Origin: Nanobdellota archaeon | GTDB taxonomy: Archaea; Nanobdellota; Nanobdellia; Parvarchaeales; Parvarchaeaceae | Assembly: GCA_021818905.1 (NCBI GenBank) | Contig: JAKASS010000004.1 | Coordinates: forward strand, 25 to 64,024 | Reading direction: 5' to 3' | Length of the DNA stretch: 64,000 nucleotides | Part shown: piece by piece, positions 40,812-49,565 of the stretch | Layout: every line of letters begins with the position of its first letter | Numbering within the stretch: position 1 is the first letter of the stretch | Translations under genes and position numbers: made by a program | The notes under the pieces: model-generated | Seen by the model: the letters and a program-made list of their open reading frames with translations, nothing else | What the model was told of the DNA's origin: nothing | Databases searched by the model: none

Positions 40812-41561
40812 ATGGAAAATGAAAAAAAGGGCAAAAAAGGATTGTCGCAGATACTGTTTGGAATACCAAGAAAAGAAGTGGTAAACGGCTATAAATTCTT
40901 ATCTCAAGACATGAGAAGCCGGTATGGCGATCGCCCACGATGGTCGCTGGGCGTTCCGCTCACTTATGACGGCAAAATCAGACCCTGCAGTAGCGGTTTC
41001 CACGCTTCGCTGGATCTGTATTCAGCCTATAGAAATTCTCCGATAGGGGACCGTCTTTTCGAGGTGGAAGCGCGCGGAGTCGTCGAAGGCAAAGACGGTC
41101 TGTTCGCAGCCCGCGAAATGACACTCGTGAGAGAGATCGATTTGGAAAGCTTGTCGATAGACTACGCCATAAATTGCGCTAAGCACGTCCTTCGTCACTA
41201 TGAGGAAATATATCCGGGAGACGATCGACCGAGAAAAGCGATAGAAGCCGCGGAGAACTATCTGAATAGTCCTTCCGAAAAGAACCGGTCTGCTGCTAGG
41301 TCTGCTGATTGGTCTGCTGAGTCTGCTGCTGAGTCTGCTGCTAGGTCTGCTGATTGGTCTGCTTGGTCTGCTGCTAGGTCTGCTGATTGGTCTGCTTGGT
41401 CTGCTGCTAGGTCTGCTGATTGGTCTGATTGGTCTGCTTGGTCTGTTGCTAAGTCTGCTGCTAAGTCTGCTGCTGAGTCTGCTGGGTGGTTTAATAATGG
41501 GTTTTCTGAAGAGGAAAAATGGCAGAAGAAGTTGCTTGAAGAGTTAGTAAAGAAATACTGA
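40812..41561 (+). CDS. Virus-like protein with Imm5-like region and SA(A/D)W repeats
   Basis: YKFL...PCSSGFHAS N-domain; CAKHVL...YPGDDRPRKAIEAA; low-complexity repeats; strong RBS. Confidence 0.7.
   Translation: MENEKKGKKGLSQILFGIPRKEVVNGYKFLSQDMRSRYGDRPRWSLGVPLTYDGKIRPCSSGFHASLDLYSAYRNSPIGDRLFEVEARGVVEGKDGLFAAREMTLVREIDLESLSIDYAINCAKHVLRHYEEIYPGDDRPRKAIEAAENYLNSPSEKNRSAARSADWSAESAAESAARSADWSAWSAARSADWSAWSAARSADWSDWSAWSVAKSAAKSAAESAGWFNNGFSEEEKWQKKLLEELVKKY
41289..41483 (+). repeat. Coding tandem repeat of 9/12-nt units
   Basis: Units such as TCTGCTGCTAGG, TCTGCTGATTGG and TCTGCTTGG (SAAR/SADW/SAW). Confidence 0.95.
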
Positions 41562-41777
41562 CGAAAAAGCGTCTGCTCTATAAAGGGATGCGCACGATCC
41601 GCCGGGCGCAAGGTCGGGCTGATCGCAGCCATGATCATCACGACTACGCCGCCGATGATTTTGTGATCCAGATATGTGAGCGCGGAAAATAAACGCCAGA
41701 TATTCATCGAAAGCGGATTTCTACAGAGCCAAGGGTTATAAAAGATTTAAATAGGAGTAAAAATAAAAAGAAGAGAT

Positions 41778-41975
41778 ATGAGAACGCCCAGATATGGAGT
41801 CGGAGTAAGGAAAAGACTGGACGAAGTACACAAACAAAGAAGCCAAAAATACCAATGCCCTAGATGCAAGAAACTTACGATGAAAAGAGTTTACAGCGGC
41901 GTTTGGAAGTGCAACAAATGCGGCCTAGAGGTAGCTGACAATGCTTACTCTATGTCGATAAAAACAATAAGGTAG
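41778..41975 (+). CDS. rpl37ae: 50S ribosomal protein L37Ae (eL43)
   Basis: RYGVGVRK and CPRC...GVWKCNKCG. Confidence 0.93.
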   Translation: MRTPRYGVGVRKRLDEVHKQRSQKYQCPRCKKLTMKRVYSGVWKCNKCGLEVADNAYSMSIKTIR

Positions 41976-41981
41976 GATGTT

Positions 41982-42122
41982 ATGACAAAATACAAATGTT
42001 TTTCGTGCGGCGCTTCGGTGGATTCCACCGAATTAAGGGAGTTGATAAGGTGCCCATATTGCGGGGGCCGAGTGTTGATAAAGAAACGTCCAGAAGGCGG
42101 GCATCATGTCAAAGCAAGATGA
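41982..42122 (+). CDS. rpoP: RNA polymerase subunit P (Rpo12; not in the ORF track)
   Basis: MTKYKCFSCG...IRCPYCGGRVLIKKRPEGGHHVKAR*; conserved synteny after rpl37ae. Confidence 0.93.
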   Translation: MTKYKCFSCGASVDSTELRELIRCPYCGGRVLIKKRPEGGHHVKAR

Positions 42123-42357
42123 AGGGTGCGGCATCCAGTTGACGCTGGAGGTAAAACCGAGTTCTGGTTCTTTGAAAAGCTTTGAAAACGCCTTGTCTGA
42201 CAATCTACGTTCTAGCGAACGGGTCACAGTAGATACAAAAAGCGCGGATGGAAATTTATATATATCGATAAAAGCTAAAGATACTAACATATTGCGTTCT
42301 GTTGTAAACAACTATCTGAACGCGATAAAGATGTTAGAGGATACGGATAAATTATGA
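42106..42357 (+). CDS. pcc1: KEOPS subunit Pcc1
   Basis: IKAKDTNILRSVVNNYL motif; synteny before prefoldin beta. Confidence 0.8.
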   Translation: MSKQDEGCGIQLTLEVKPSSGSLKSFENALSDNLRSSERVTVDTKSADGNLYISIKAKDTNILRSVVNNYLNAIKMLEDTDKL

Positions 42358-42665
42358 ACGAAGAGGATTACGAGACTTTAAGGCAGCAATTGCAAGTCGA
42401 GATGACCCAGAAGCAGACTTTGCAGCTTCAATACAACGAGCTTAAAAGGACGCTCGACGACGTGGAAAAATCTGGCGAGGATGAGAAGCTTTTCGAGATG
42501 GTCGGCAGTATCCTCGTAAGCAAAAACAAGAAAGAGATCTCTTCTAACTTCAAGGAAAAGATGGAGATACTCGAATTCCGGCTTAAAACGGTATCGAAAT
42601 CCGTCGATGAAACGACAAAGAGACTTCAAGAAGCCCAAAAGTCGCTCGAAAAGAAGCATATCTGA
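42354..42665 (+). CDS. pfdB: Prefoldin beta subunit
   Basis: Coiled coils flanking FEMVGSILV. Confidence 0.88.
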   Translation: MNEEDYETLRQQLQVEMTQKQTLQLQYNELKRTLDDVEKSGEDEKLFEMVGSILVSKNKKEISSNFKEKMEILEFRLKTVSKSVDETTKRLQEAQKSLEKKHI

Positions 42666-42714
42666 TTTGGGCCGTAAACAAATGTTTTTATTGCCGCAGT
42701 CTTATTGATAGCAA

Positions 42715-43281
42715 ATGGCCGACGAACCGGTAGAGATATACGATAAAAACAACGAGCCGCTCGGCATCACAAAATTAAAGAGTGAAGCCCATAGGACTGG
42801 TTTGTGGCATCGTGCTGCGCATGTATGGATTTACAACGATAGGGGAGAACTGCTCATGCAGAAGAGAGCAAAAACAAAGGATCTTTTCCCGGATAGATAC
42901 GATATTTCCGCTGCTGGACATGTAACTGCGGGGGAGGACCCGATATCTACAGCACTAAGGGAGACAAAGGAAGAGATAGGCATCGACATAAAAAAGGAGG
43001 ACCTGCGATTATTGGGTATAAGAAAAACGCAGATCATTTTTGAACGGATACGCAACAACGAATTCTGCTATGTGTACATTCTAAGACTAAATTTGGATCT
43101 TAAATCCCTAAAGTTGCAAAAAGAAGAAGTGTCTGGGGTTAAAATGTTTAAGATAGACAAATTAACAGAAGACTTAAAGGCGCACCCAGACATGTTCGTG
43201 CCGCACGCCTATTTGAATGATTTGATGGCAGAAGTGCGTAGACTTACAAGAACGGGCGATATGCCGCTTAAAACATATTAA
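42715..43281 (+). CDS. NUDIX hydrolase (IDI-like fold)
   Basis: HRAAHVWI and AGHVTAGE...ALRETKEEIG Nudix box; lacks the IDI-1 catalytic Cys motif. Confidence 0.85.
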   Translation: MADEPVEIYDKNNEPLGITKLKSEAHRTGLWHRAAHVWIYNDRGELLMQKRAKTKDLFPDRYDISAAGHVTAGEDPISTALRETKEEIGIDIKKEDLRLLGIRKTQIIFERIRNNEFCYVYILRLNLDLKSLKLQKEEVSGVKMFKIDKLTEDLKAHPDMFVPHAYLNDLMAEVRRLTRTGDMPLKTY

Positions 43282-43289
43282 TCAGCCAG

Positions 43290-43679
43290 ATGTCTAAAGA
43301 TTTCTTGTACGATCATATGACACACAAAGAAAAGCTTTTTCGGGAGAAACTTAGAATATTGTACTCCGAATTAAGAATTGTGCAGCGCGCGATGGACAAG
43401 TATGGCGGCCTAGTATTCCAGATACGCGGCTAGGAAATATCTGTATGGTCTGCACTTATGGCGATAGCACTTGAATCCGACAGACTTCAGATAATTCTCC
43501 TTGCCGTGCTTGCGCCGTTTATGTTCTGGGCATTTGACAGCTTGCACCGTTCAGTCCTTCTAAAAGTCTATTGTAAGTCCATCGGCATAGATCCAACTGT
43601 CTTTGCGGTCCTATCCCCACGGTCTTATTCGGGTATGATCTGGATCTGTAATTACGCATATCTTTTCGATATTCTATAG
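43290..43679 (+). pseudogene. Membrane-protein pseudogene with in-frame TAG
   Basis: Frame from ATG 43290 reads ...FQIRG*EISVWSALMAIAL...; TAG at 43431-43433; continues into the 43458 ORF. Confidence 0.65.
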
Positions 43680-43710
43680 TTATATTATAAACCATAAATA
43701 ACTATAGCTT

Positions 43711-43746
43711 TTCATCCCCCATCTTCCGAAAGGGGGATTCTCGGCG
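43711..43746. repeat. Hairpin resembling an IS200/IS605 end
   Basis: TTC-ATCCCCC-atcttccgaaa-GGGGGAT-TCTCGGCG. Confidence 0.45.
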
Positions 43747-43789
43747 ATACTAGTTAAATGCTTTTATTGTCTCTAGTTATAATAATCCT

Positions 43790-44752
43790 ATGTTCGATGT
43801 TGTTACCCTGGGTTCCGCGACTAAAGATATATTCCTATTCACAAAGAACAGCAGTTTAAAGCCAGGAATAAACAAACATTTTCTTGAGATACCTCTTGAC
43901 AAGAAAATAGAGGTGGAAAAAACTTTAGAATTTAGCGGCGGCAGCGCGACAAATGCAGCTGCGACTTTCGTAGGCTTCGGAAAAAAAGCCGCGGCGATTG
44001 CAAAGATAGGAAATGATCAAAACGGCATCTTTGTTATTAACGACCTGCAAAAATTAGGCGTTTCTTCTGAGTACATAGTAAGGGGCGATGGAGAAACTCC
44101 TTTTTCAAATATCGTCGTATCAGGGAATGGTCACATGATATTGTTTATTTACCGTGGTGTCGAAAAAACGCTAAAAACCGACGAATTAAAACTAGACTTC
44201 AAAACAAAGTGGTTGTATATCGGTCCGCTTGGCGGAGAAAGCTACAAGATACTACCAGACGTAATAAAATATGCAAAAGAAAACGAGATTAGGGTGGCTT
44301 TTAACCCGGGTTCGAACGAGCTTAACTTGAAGCTGAAGAAAATGGAGCCGATACTAAAAGATATTGACATAATAAGCATGAATGACGAAGAGGCGAGAAG
44401 CTTTGTAGGTTACGGAAATGACGTAAAAAATCTTATAAAACTTGGCAATTCCGTAAAAGGCACTGCTATAATCACGCGTGGAGAAAGGGGCTCTCTCGTA
44501 CTCAATGAAAGGCAAATCTATGACGCCGATGCTTTCAAGGTAAAACAGATAAACTTTGTTGGGGCCGGAGATGCTTTCTTGTCCGGTTTTGTAAATGCGC
44601 TCATCGATGACAAGGACATACAAGATGCGATAACGCTTGGAAGTTATAACGCTAGCGGCGTCGTAAAACATTACGGGGCGAAAAGAGGGATAGTAAATGA
44701 ATACCCAAAACAAAAATTAAAAATCGGGAGGACTGAATATGGAAAAAAATAA
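43790..44752 (+). CDS. PfkB-family sugar kinase (candidate phosphofructokinase)
   Basis: GGSATNAA, AFNPG and VGAGDAFLSG motifs; glycolytic cluster. Confidence 0.88.
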   Translation: MFDVVTLGSATKDIFLFTKNSSLKPGINKHFLEIPLDKKIEVEKTLEFSGGSATNAAATFVGFGKKAAAIAKIGNDQNGIFVINDLQKLGVSSEYIVRGDGETPFSNIVVSGNGHMILFIYRGVEKTLKTDELKLDFKTKWLYIGPLGGESYKILPDVIKYAKENEIRVAFNPGSNELNLKLKKMEPILKDIDIISMNDEEARSFVGYGNDVKNLIKLGNSVKGTAIITRGERGSLVLNERQIYDADAFKVKQINFVGAGDAFLSGFVNALIDDKDIQDAITLGSYNASGVVKHYGAKRGIVNEYPKQKLKIGRTEYGKK

Positions 44753-45476
44753 CTTTAAGACAGAAGGAATATACCTTGCATACGACCATGGGGTGGAACA
44801 CGGACCGGTTGAGTTCAATGAAAAGAGTGTTTCTCCTAATTATATAATAGACATAGCAAAAAGGGCGGAGGTAGACGCTCTTGTCCTTTTAAAAGGAACT
44901 GCAAGACATTACTATAAAAAAGGCATCGGGATTCCCCTGATAGTAAAACTCAATCAAAAAACTAGTTTGTACAATGGCGAGCCTTTCTCTAATCAAGTTT
45001 GCAGTGTAAAGGAAGCGATTGCTCTTGGGGCTTCCGCAGTAGGCTATACAGTTTATGCAGGGAGCAGATATGAACATCGTATGCTGAAAGAGTTTGGCAG
45101 GATAGAAGAAGAAGCCCATAAGTACGGGCTACCGGTGATAATGTGGTCTTATCCGCGCGGAGAATCGATAAAAGACGATCAGGCCCCAGAAGTCGTAGCA
45201 TATGCAGCAAGAATTGCGCTGGAAATGGGCGCGGACGTAGTCAAATTAAAATATCCAAATGATGAGTCGAAGCTGAGATGGGTCGTGGAGAGCGCAGGCT
45301 CAACTAAGGTGTTTCTTTCTGGTGGAAAGGCTGTAGACGACGACACTTTCGAAAATATGGTTGAAAATGTAACAAAGGCCGGCTTTAGCGGCATTGCAGT
45401 CGGCAGGAATGTATGGCAGAGCAATGACCCGATCAAAAGAATAAAGAAGATACGAGAGATAATTTCCTCGGCTTAA
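44739..45476 (+). CDS. fba: Class I (DhnA-type) fructose-bisphosphate aldolase
   Basis: AYDHGVEHGP, WSYPRG, GADVVK and AVGRNVWQ motifs. Confidence 0.9.
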   Translation: MEKNNFKTEGIYLAYDHGVEHGPVEFNEKSVSPNYIIDIAKRAEVDALVLLKGTARHYYKKGIGIPLIVKLNQKTSLYNGEPFSNQVCSVKEAIALGASAVGYTVYAGSRYEHRMLKEFGRIEEEAHKYGLPVIMWSYPRGESIKDDQAPEVVAYAARIALEMGADVVKLKYPNDESKLRWVVESAGSTKVFLSGGKAVDDDTFENMVENVTKAGFSGIAVGRNVWQSNDPIKRIKKIREIISSA

Positions 45477-45484
45477 TATAATCT

Positions 45485-46327
45485 ATGAGCAAGAAAAAAG
45501 TCTGTATAGATGTGGGGGGCACAAAGACCATATTTGCTGTTCTTGATGAAAAACTAAACGCAGAAAACAGTGTATATGTAGATACTCCGAATACGCTTAA
45601 TGAATTCTTGGAAGTGCTAAATAAAAACCTAAAACTGTTCAAGTTAGACTCTGATACGGTAAATGTTTCTATAGCCGGCAGGGTGGACTACGGCGGGAAA
45701 GTTATTTTCTGCCCAAATCTGCCGCTGAAGAACTTCAATTTAAAAAACGCGATTAAAAAATACTTTAAAAAAGTCTATATCGACAACGATGCTAATTGTT
45801 TTGCGCTGTACGAAATATTCAAAGGTTTCTTGAAAAACAAGAAAAATGGCATAGTCATAGTGTGGGGAACCGGAGTCGGGGGCTCATTAGTGTTAAATGG
45901 AAAAATATACCGCGGTTCTGGTCTCGCATCTGAAATGGGACATATAAAAACTATGACGGAACCAGAAACCGATACAGAAAGTTTAGTCGGGGGGCGCCGG
46001 CTTAAAGAACGTTTTGGATATTCCGGCGCGGAATTACAGGCTTTGGCGGAATCTGGCGACATATACGCAATTTCTAAATTCAAAAAGATAGGGGAGATAT
46101 TTGGCCGTTATCTTGCGTCTTTAACTTACCTACTCGATCCAGAGATAGTAATTATCGGTGGCAGTTTTGTAAAGTCTTGGAAATTCCTCGAGGATTCTAT
46201 TAATGGCGCAATAAAAACAGAGACTCTCAGAGGAAAGCTAGAAATAAAAACGGATAACGATAAATTCTATGTTATAAAAGGATGTTACTTCTTAGATGAA
46301 TATGCGAAGCTTGATAATAAATTATAA
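45485..46327 (+). CDS. ROK-family sugar kinase (glucokinase)
   Basis: IDVGGTK, DNDAN, GTGVGG and SEMGH motifs. Confidence 0.88.
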   Translation: MSKKKVCIDVGGTKTIFAVLDEKLNAENSVYVDTPNTLNEFLEVLNKNLKLFKLDSDTVNVSIAGRVDYGGKVIFCPNLPLKNFNLKNAIKKYFKKVYIDNDANCFALYEIFKGFLKNKKNGIVIVWGTGVGGSLVLNGKIYRGSGLASEMGHIKTMTEPETDTESLVGGRRLKERFGYSGAELQALAESGDIYAISKFKKIGEIFGRYLASLTYLLDPEIVIIGGSFVKSWKFLEDSINGAIKTETLRGKLEIKTDNDKFYVIKGCYFLDEYAKLDNKL

Positions 46328-46955
46328 GGCGTACGCCGAAGGCATAGATAACGGCCTAGAGATAGCTGCCATCGCGAAAAAGACGTCAAAAAAGACGGGG
46401 GTCGACATAATAGTCGCGCCGCCACTGAGTTTATTGCCTAGCACTTCGCGCGTGGTAAAAAGTTTCTCTCAATCTATGGAAGCGCTTGAACCGGGGCCAT
46501 TTACGGGCCACATCACATGGTACGAAATACAGAAAAGTGGGGCGTCTGGTACGCTGATAAATCATTCAGAGAATAGAGTGAGCATCGAAGAAATAAGCAG
46601 GACGGTCAACGTATGCAGACGCGTCGGCCTACTTTCTGTCGTATGCATACAGAACATGGATGAAGCGGTGGCGATCGCCAGTTTAAATCCTGATTTTATC
46701 GCGTACGAACCACAGGAACTGATAGGCGGTAACATATCCGTTTCTACAGCCAAGCCAGAGACAGTGAGAGAGTTCTGTTCCTTCGTAAGAGCTAGGTCTA
46801 AATCTTCGCCCCTTATAGGCGCCGGGATAAAAACTTCTGTCGATGTGGCTAAAAGCGTAGAACTCGGAAGCGATGGGATACTAGTCGCATCTGGAGCGAT
46901 AAAAGCCGATGACCCGGCCAAGGCCATATTTGATTTAGCGCGACCTCTGTCTTAA
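46296..46955 (+). CDS. tpiA: Triosephosphate isomerase (archaeal type)
   Basis: INYKAY, INHSENR, AYEPQELIG and GAGI motifs. Confidence 0.93.
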   Translation: MNMRSLIINYKAYAEGIDNGLEIAAIAKKTSKKTGVDIIVAPPLSLLPSTSRVVKSFSQSMEALEPGPFTGHITWYEIQKSGASGTLINHSENRVSIEEISRTVNVCRRVGLLSVVCIQNMDEAVAIASLNPDFIAYEPQELIGGNISVSTAKPETVREFCSFVRARSKSSPLIGAGIKTSVDVAKSVELGSDGILVASGAIKADDPAKAIFDLARPLS

Positions 46956-47150
46956 TCCAAACCGTTTGCCCGAATAAAGCTGCAGATGTTTATTTAGTAC
47001 ACGGAGAACTTCCTCACAATCAAATCTAAAAACCAAATTAGAAGGCCTTGGATACGCAGACATCGGTCACGATAGTCGACGCACCTATGCCGTCTAGAAG
47101 CTTGATCCAGAACAGCGCCCAATCGTTTGCGTTGCCGTCTACATTAAAGG

Positions 47151-47181
47151 GGTGCTTACTTTAGAGGATTTCTACAGAGCC
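47151..47181. mobile_element. Orphan 31-bp end of the IS5 element
   Basis: GGTGCTTACTTTAGAGGATTTCTACAGAGCC is identical to 39578-39608. Confidence 0.88.
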
Positions 47182-47220
47182 TTATATTTAGAAAACTGTT
47201 AAAATACCGACGTTTATATA

Positions 47221-47266
47221 ATGTTAAAGTATTTAAACATATGTAAACTATATTTAACATATGTTA
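47221..47266. promoter_or_regulatory. ACATATGT palindrome array (putative operator)
   Basis: Cores at 47237 and 47257 (TAACATATGTTA covers the start codon); half-site at 47221. Confidence 0.6.
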
Positions 47267-47785
47267 GATATAATTAACGACTTAGCCCCATTTTTTGAAG
47301 ACAATTATGCGCGTATAAACATAAGGCGCTACTCGCGACTCATGAAAATATCTCCGCCCACTGCGTCAAAATTATTGAAAGGATACGAGGGGGCAGGTTT
47401 ACTCGAGAGTTCGAAATATGAACGATATATCTTTTTTAACGCAAAGCGCGATAATAAAAATTTTATTGATCTTTCCAGGATATACTGGCGCAATAAACTC
47501 GAGGATTTAAGTTCATTTTTGATGGGCCGATCTATAATAGAGCCTGCAATAGTGCTTTTTGGCTCCCTCTCTAAAGCGGAGGTCAAAATCGATTCGGATA
47601 TAGATTTAGCGGTCATAGGCCTGAATAATGGGTCGGAGTCATTAAAAAATGCAGATCTTATGATATTTGAGAAGAAACTTGGTAGAAAAATAGAAATATT
47701 CGGGTTTAAATCGCTTGCGGACGCAAGTAAGCTTCCAATCTGGAAGGCGATACTAAATGGATATATGTTAAGAGGTTTAATGTAA
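47261..47785 (+). CDS. HTH-fused minimal nucleotidyltransferase (MNT antitoxin)
   Basis: N-terminal HTH (ISPPTASKLL); LFGSLSKAEVKIDSDIDL. Confidence 0.88.
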   Translation: MLDIINDLAPFFEDNYARINIRRYSRLMKISPPTASKLLKGYEGAGLLESSKYERYIFFNAKRDNKNFIDLSRIYWRNKLEDLSSFLMGRSIIEPAIVLFGSLSKAEVKIDSDIDLAVIGLNNGSESLKNADLMIFEKKLGRKIEIFGFKSLADASKLPIWKAILNGYMLRGLM

Positions 47786-47789
47786 AAAT

Positions 47790-48197
47790 ATGGATTGGAA
47801 GGAATGCTTTGATTCGGGCATGGTGAAAGAAGTAAAGCCAGACAAAGAGATGATAAATGCCCTCTTGTATTCAGCAGATAATAGGATGAAATCGGTCGAT
47901 ATGTTAGAGACAGACAATGTGACCGCAAATTCAAAACTTTCGTTAGCTTACGACGCGCTTAGGGAAGTGATAGAGGCGCTAGCGATCAAGCATGGATACA
48001 AGATATACAATCACGAATGTTATACATGTTTTCTTAGAGAAATATTAAAATATGATCCTGAAGCAGAGGAATTTGATACTTTAAGGAGAACTAGAAATAA
48101 AGTAAACTATTACGGAAAAGAACTTTCTGTCGATGAATCAAATCTTTTAATCAAGAAGATCAAAGCACTTAAGCTGTTTATCACTAAGAATTTATGA
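47790..48197 (+). CDS. HEPN-domain protein
   Basis: AYDALRE, YNHEC and RNKVNY (Rx4Y); paired with MNT. Confidence 0.8.
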   Translation: MDWKECFDSGMVKEVKPDKEMINALLYSADNRMKSVDMLETDNVTANSKLSLAYDALREVIEALAIKHGYKIYNHECYTCFLREILKYDPEAEEFDTLRRTRNKVNYYGKELSVDESNLLIKKIKALKLFITKNL

Positions 48198-48289
48198 ATC
48201 CCGATAAAAAGTCCTAGTCCGCTCTCGATACATGATGACTGCTATGTCAATCGCGGTCTTTTAATGAGAGATCCTTAAATCGTCTATAT

Positions 48290-48379
48290 AAGAAATAAAC
48301 AAAAAAGAGGTGCTTATGAAAGAGAAAAGAGGGCCTTACTATAAAAGGTTTGTGTCTGCGGTCTTGGGGGGGGGGGGGG
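48290..48379 (+). pseudogene. Decayed 5' end of a related IS5 transposase, ending in G14
   Basis: MLMKEKRGPYYKRFVSAVLG vs MLMKKRRESYYKRFASIVLG; shared leader GAAATAAACAAAAAAGAGGTGCTTATG. Confidence 0.8.
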
Positions 48380-48416
48380 AAGAAATAAATGGTCTACTGA
48401 AAGATCGAGGACGCGG

Positions 48417-49565
48417 TCATATCTGGGCTATTATATTTTTGGCCTGCGTCTTTACTGCAGTCGTATTACAAATACTTTCTGTAAGCCCGGTATAAGAGCA
48501 TAACATAGCATCGATGAACGATACGCCGTCATTGAAAACCTGACCTACCGAAGAGTTTGTTTTTAGTTCATTGTAAACTTGGGTTATGTTAAATCCATTG
48601 AATATGTCAGGAGTTAGCATGGAAGAAACCGATATAAAACTTCCGCCTATATCCAGAAATGGCATGAAATTGCCTAATATAGAATTTAACTCTGAGCCGG
48701 AGTTCTGGTCATATTCGAACAATTCACGATACGCTACCGAATTTGCGAGAGTGCTTGCATTGTAAGATTCTAAATTGAAGAAGCGACTTGAGAATGCCAT
48801 GTCACTTAGATTGTAGGCTGGCTGCGGGCCAAAGACGACGGCAGCGGATGCTGCTGTTTCCTTAGAAATTGAGACTATGGAAGACTTGAACGTCCCGAAA
48901 TTTGAAAGGGCGTTTTCGAGTATCAGGCTTTGCATTGCGCTAAACGGCGAGTCACTGTATACGAATATTATGTCTGTTTTATTTCCAGAAGTTATGTTAG
49001 TGTTGTTGAACTGCATCAAAACTATCATCGGATTTATTACCCTTGATAGTGTAGAGCCGGGAGCTAGGTCGTAAACTCTTGATAAATTGTATACGTCAAA
49101 TGCTGTTATAGTCCTGTTTTGAATGATGTTAAAGTAAGTCACATTACGAGTCAATGCTGCGACAAACGGGGTATTCAAAACGTAGTTATTCCCCACAGAA
49201 TTGAAGATATTCGTGTACAACAGGCTGCTCAAAAGAGCGCTCGAAGTAGCAGTAGTCGCTGGGAGAACTGCGGATGGCAAGGTTGTTATATCATTATTCT
49301 CTATGAACGCATTTCCTAATACGGAGCCGTAGTCCAAAGATGCTGTCGTACTCGAATATCCATTTTCTTCTAAAAGAGAATAAAGCCGGCTCGGAACGCC
49401 ATTTGAACAATAAACACAATTTGGATTGTACACCGAAACATATGACGTGTTCAAATCCGGAGTACTACTTTGAAAAATGTTTGAAGAAAAAACTAAATAA
49501 AGGGCGATTACTAGCGCCGCCGCTATTACAATAATTACGGACAGAAGCTTAATTCTTTGCATCAT
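48417..49565 (-). CDS. Membrane-anchored thioredoxin-fold (DUF929-like) protein
   Basis: N-terminal TM, CVYC, and ALSNFGTF and PFLDIGG motifs. Confidence 0.6.
   Translation of the reverse strand: MMQRIKLLSVIIVIAAALVIALYLVFSSNIFQSSTPDLNTSYVSVYNPNCVYCSNGVPSRLYSLLEENGYSSTTASLDYGSVLGNAFIENNDITTLPSAVLPATTATSSALLSSLLYTNIFNSVGNNYVLNTPFVAALTRNVTYFNIIQNRTITAFDVYNLSRVYDLAPGSTLSRVINPMIVLMQFNNTNITSGNKTDIIFVYSDSPFSAMQSLILENALSNFGTFKSSIVSISKETAASAAVVFGPQPAYNLSDMAFSSRFFNLESYNASTLANSVAYRELFEYDQNSGSELNSILGNFMPFLDIGGSFISVSSMLTPDIFNGFNITQVYNELKTNSSVGQVFNDGVSFIDAMLCSYTGLTESICNTTAVKTQAKNIIAQI

Larger units (their letters stand above)
38643..41730. mobile_element. Cargo-carrying IS5-derived transposon with 9-bp target duplication
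   Basis: TIR GGCTCTGTAGAAATCC at 38643-38658 and inverted at 41715-41730; AAGGGTTAT at 38634-38642 and 41731-41739. Confidence 0.85.

Noticed and set aside
41289..41483. Possible CRISPR array or DGR variable repeat
   Set aside because: Units are contiguous, in-frame and lack spacers; no cas or reverse transcriptase gene in the window
41258..41707. 149-aa minus-strand ORF with ADQAD repeats
   Set aside because: Antisense reading of the repeat tract; the + strand gene has the RBS and recognisable domains
43431..43433. Amber recoding or pyrrolysine
   Set aside because: Core genes (e.g. sufB, rpl12, rpl37ae) end normally in TAG and no pyl genes are seen
48366..48379. G14 tract as a phase-variation switch
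   Set aside because: Lies at the broken end of a dead transposase fragment; may be a sequencing or assembly artefact
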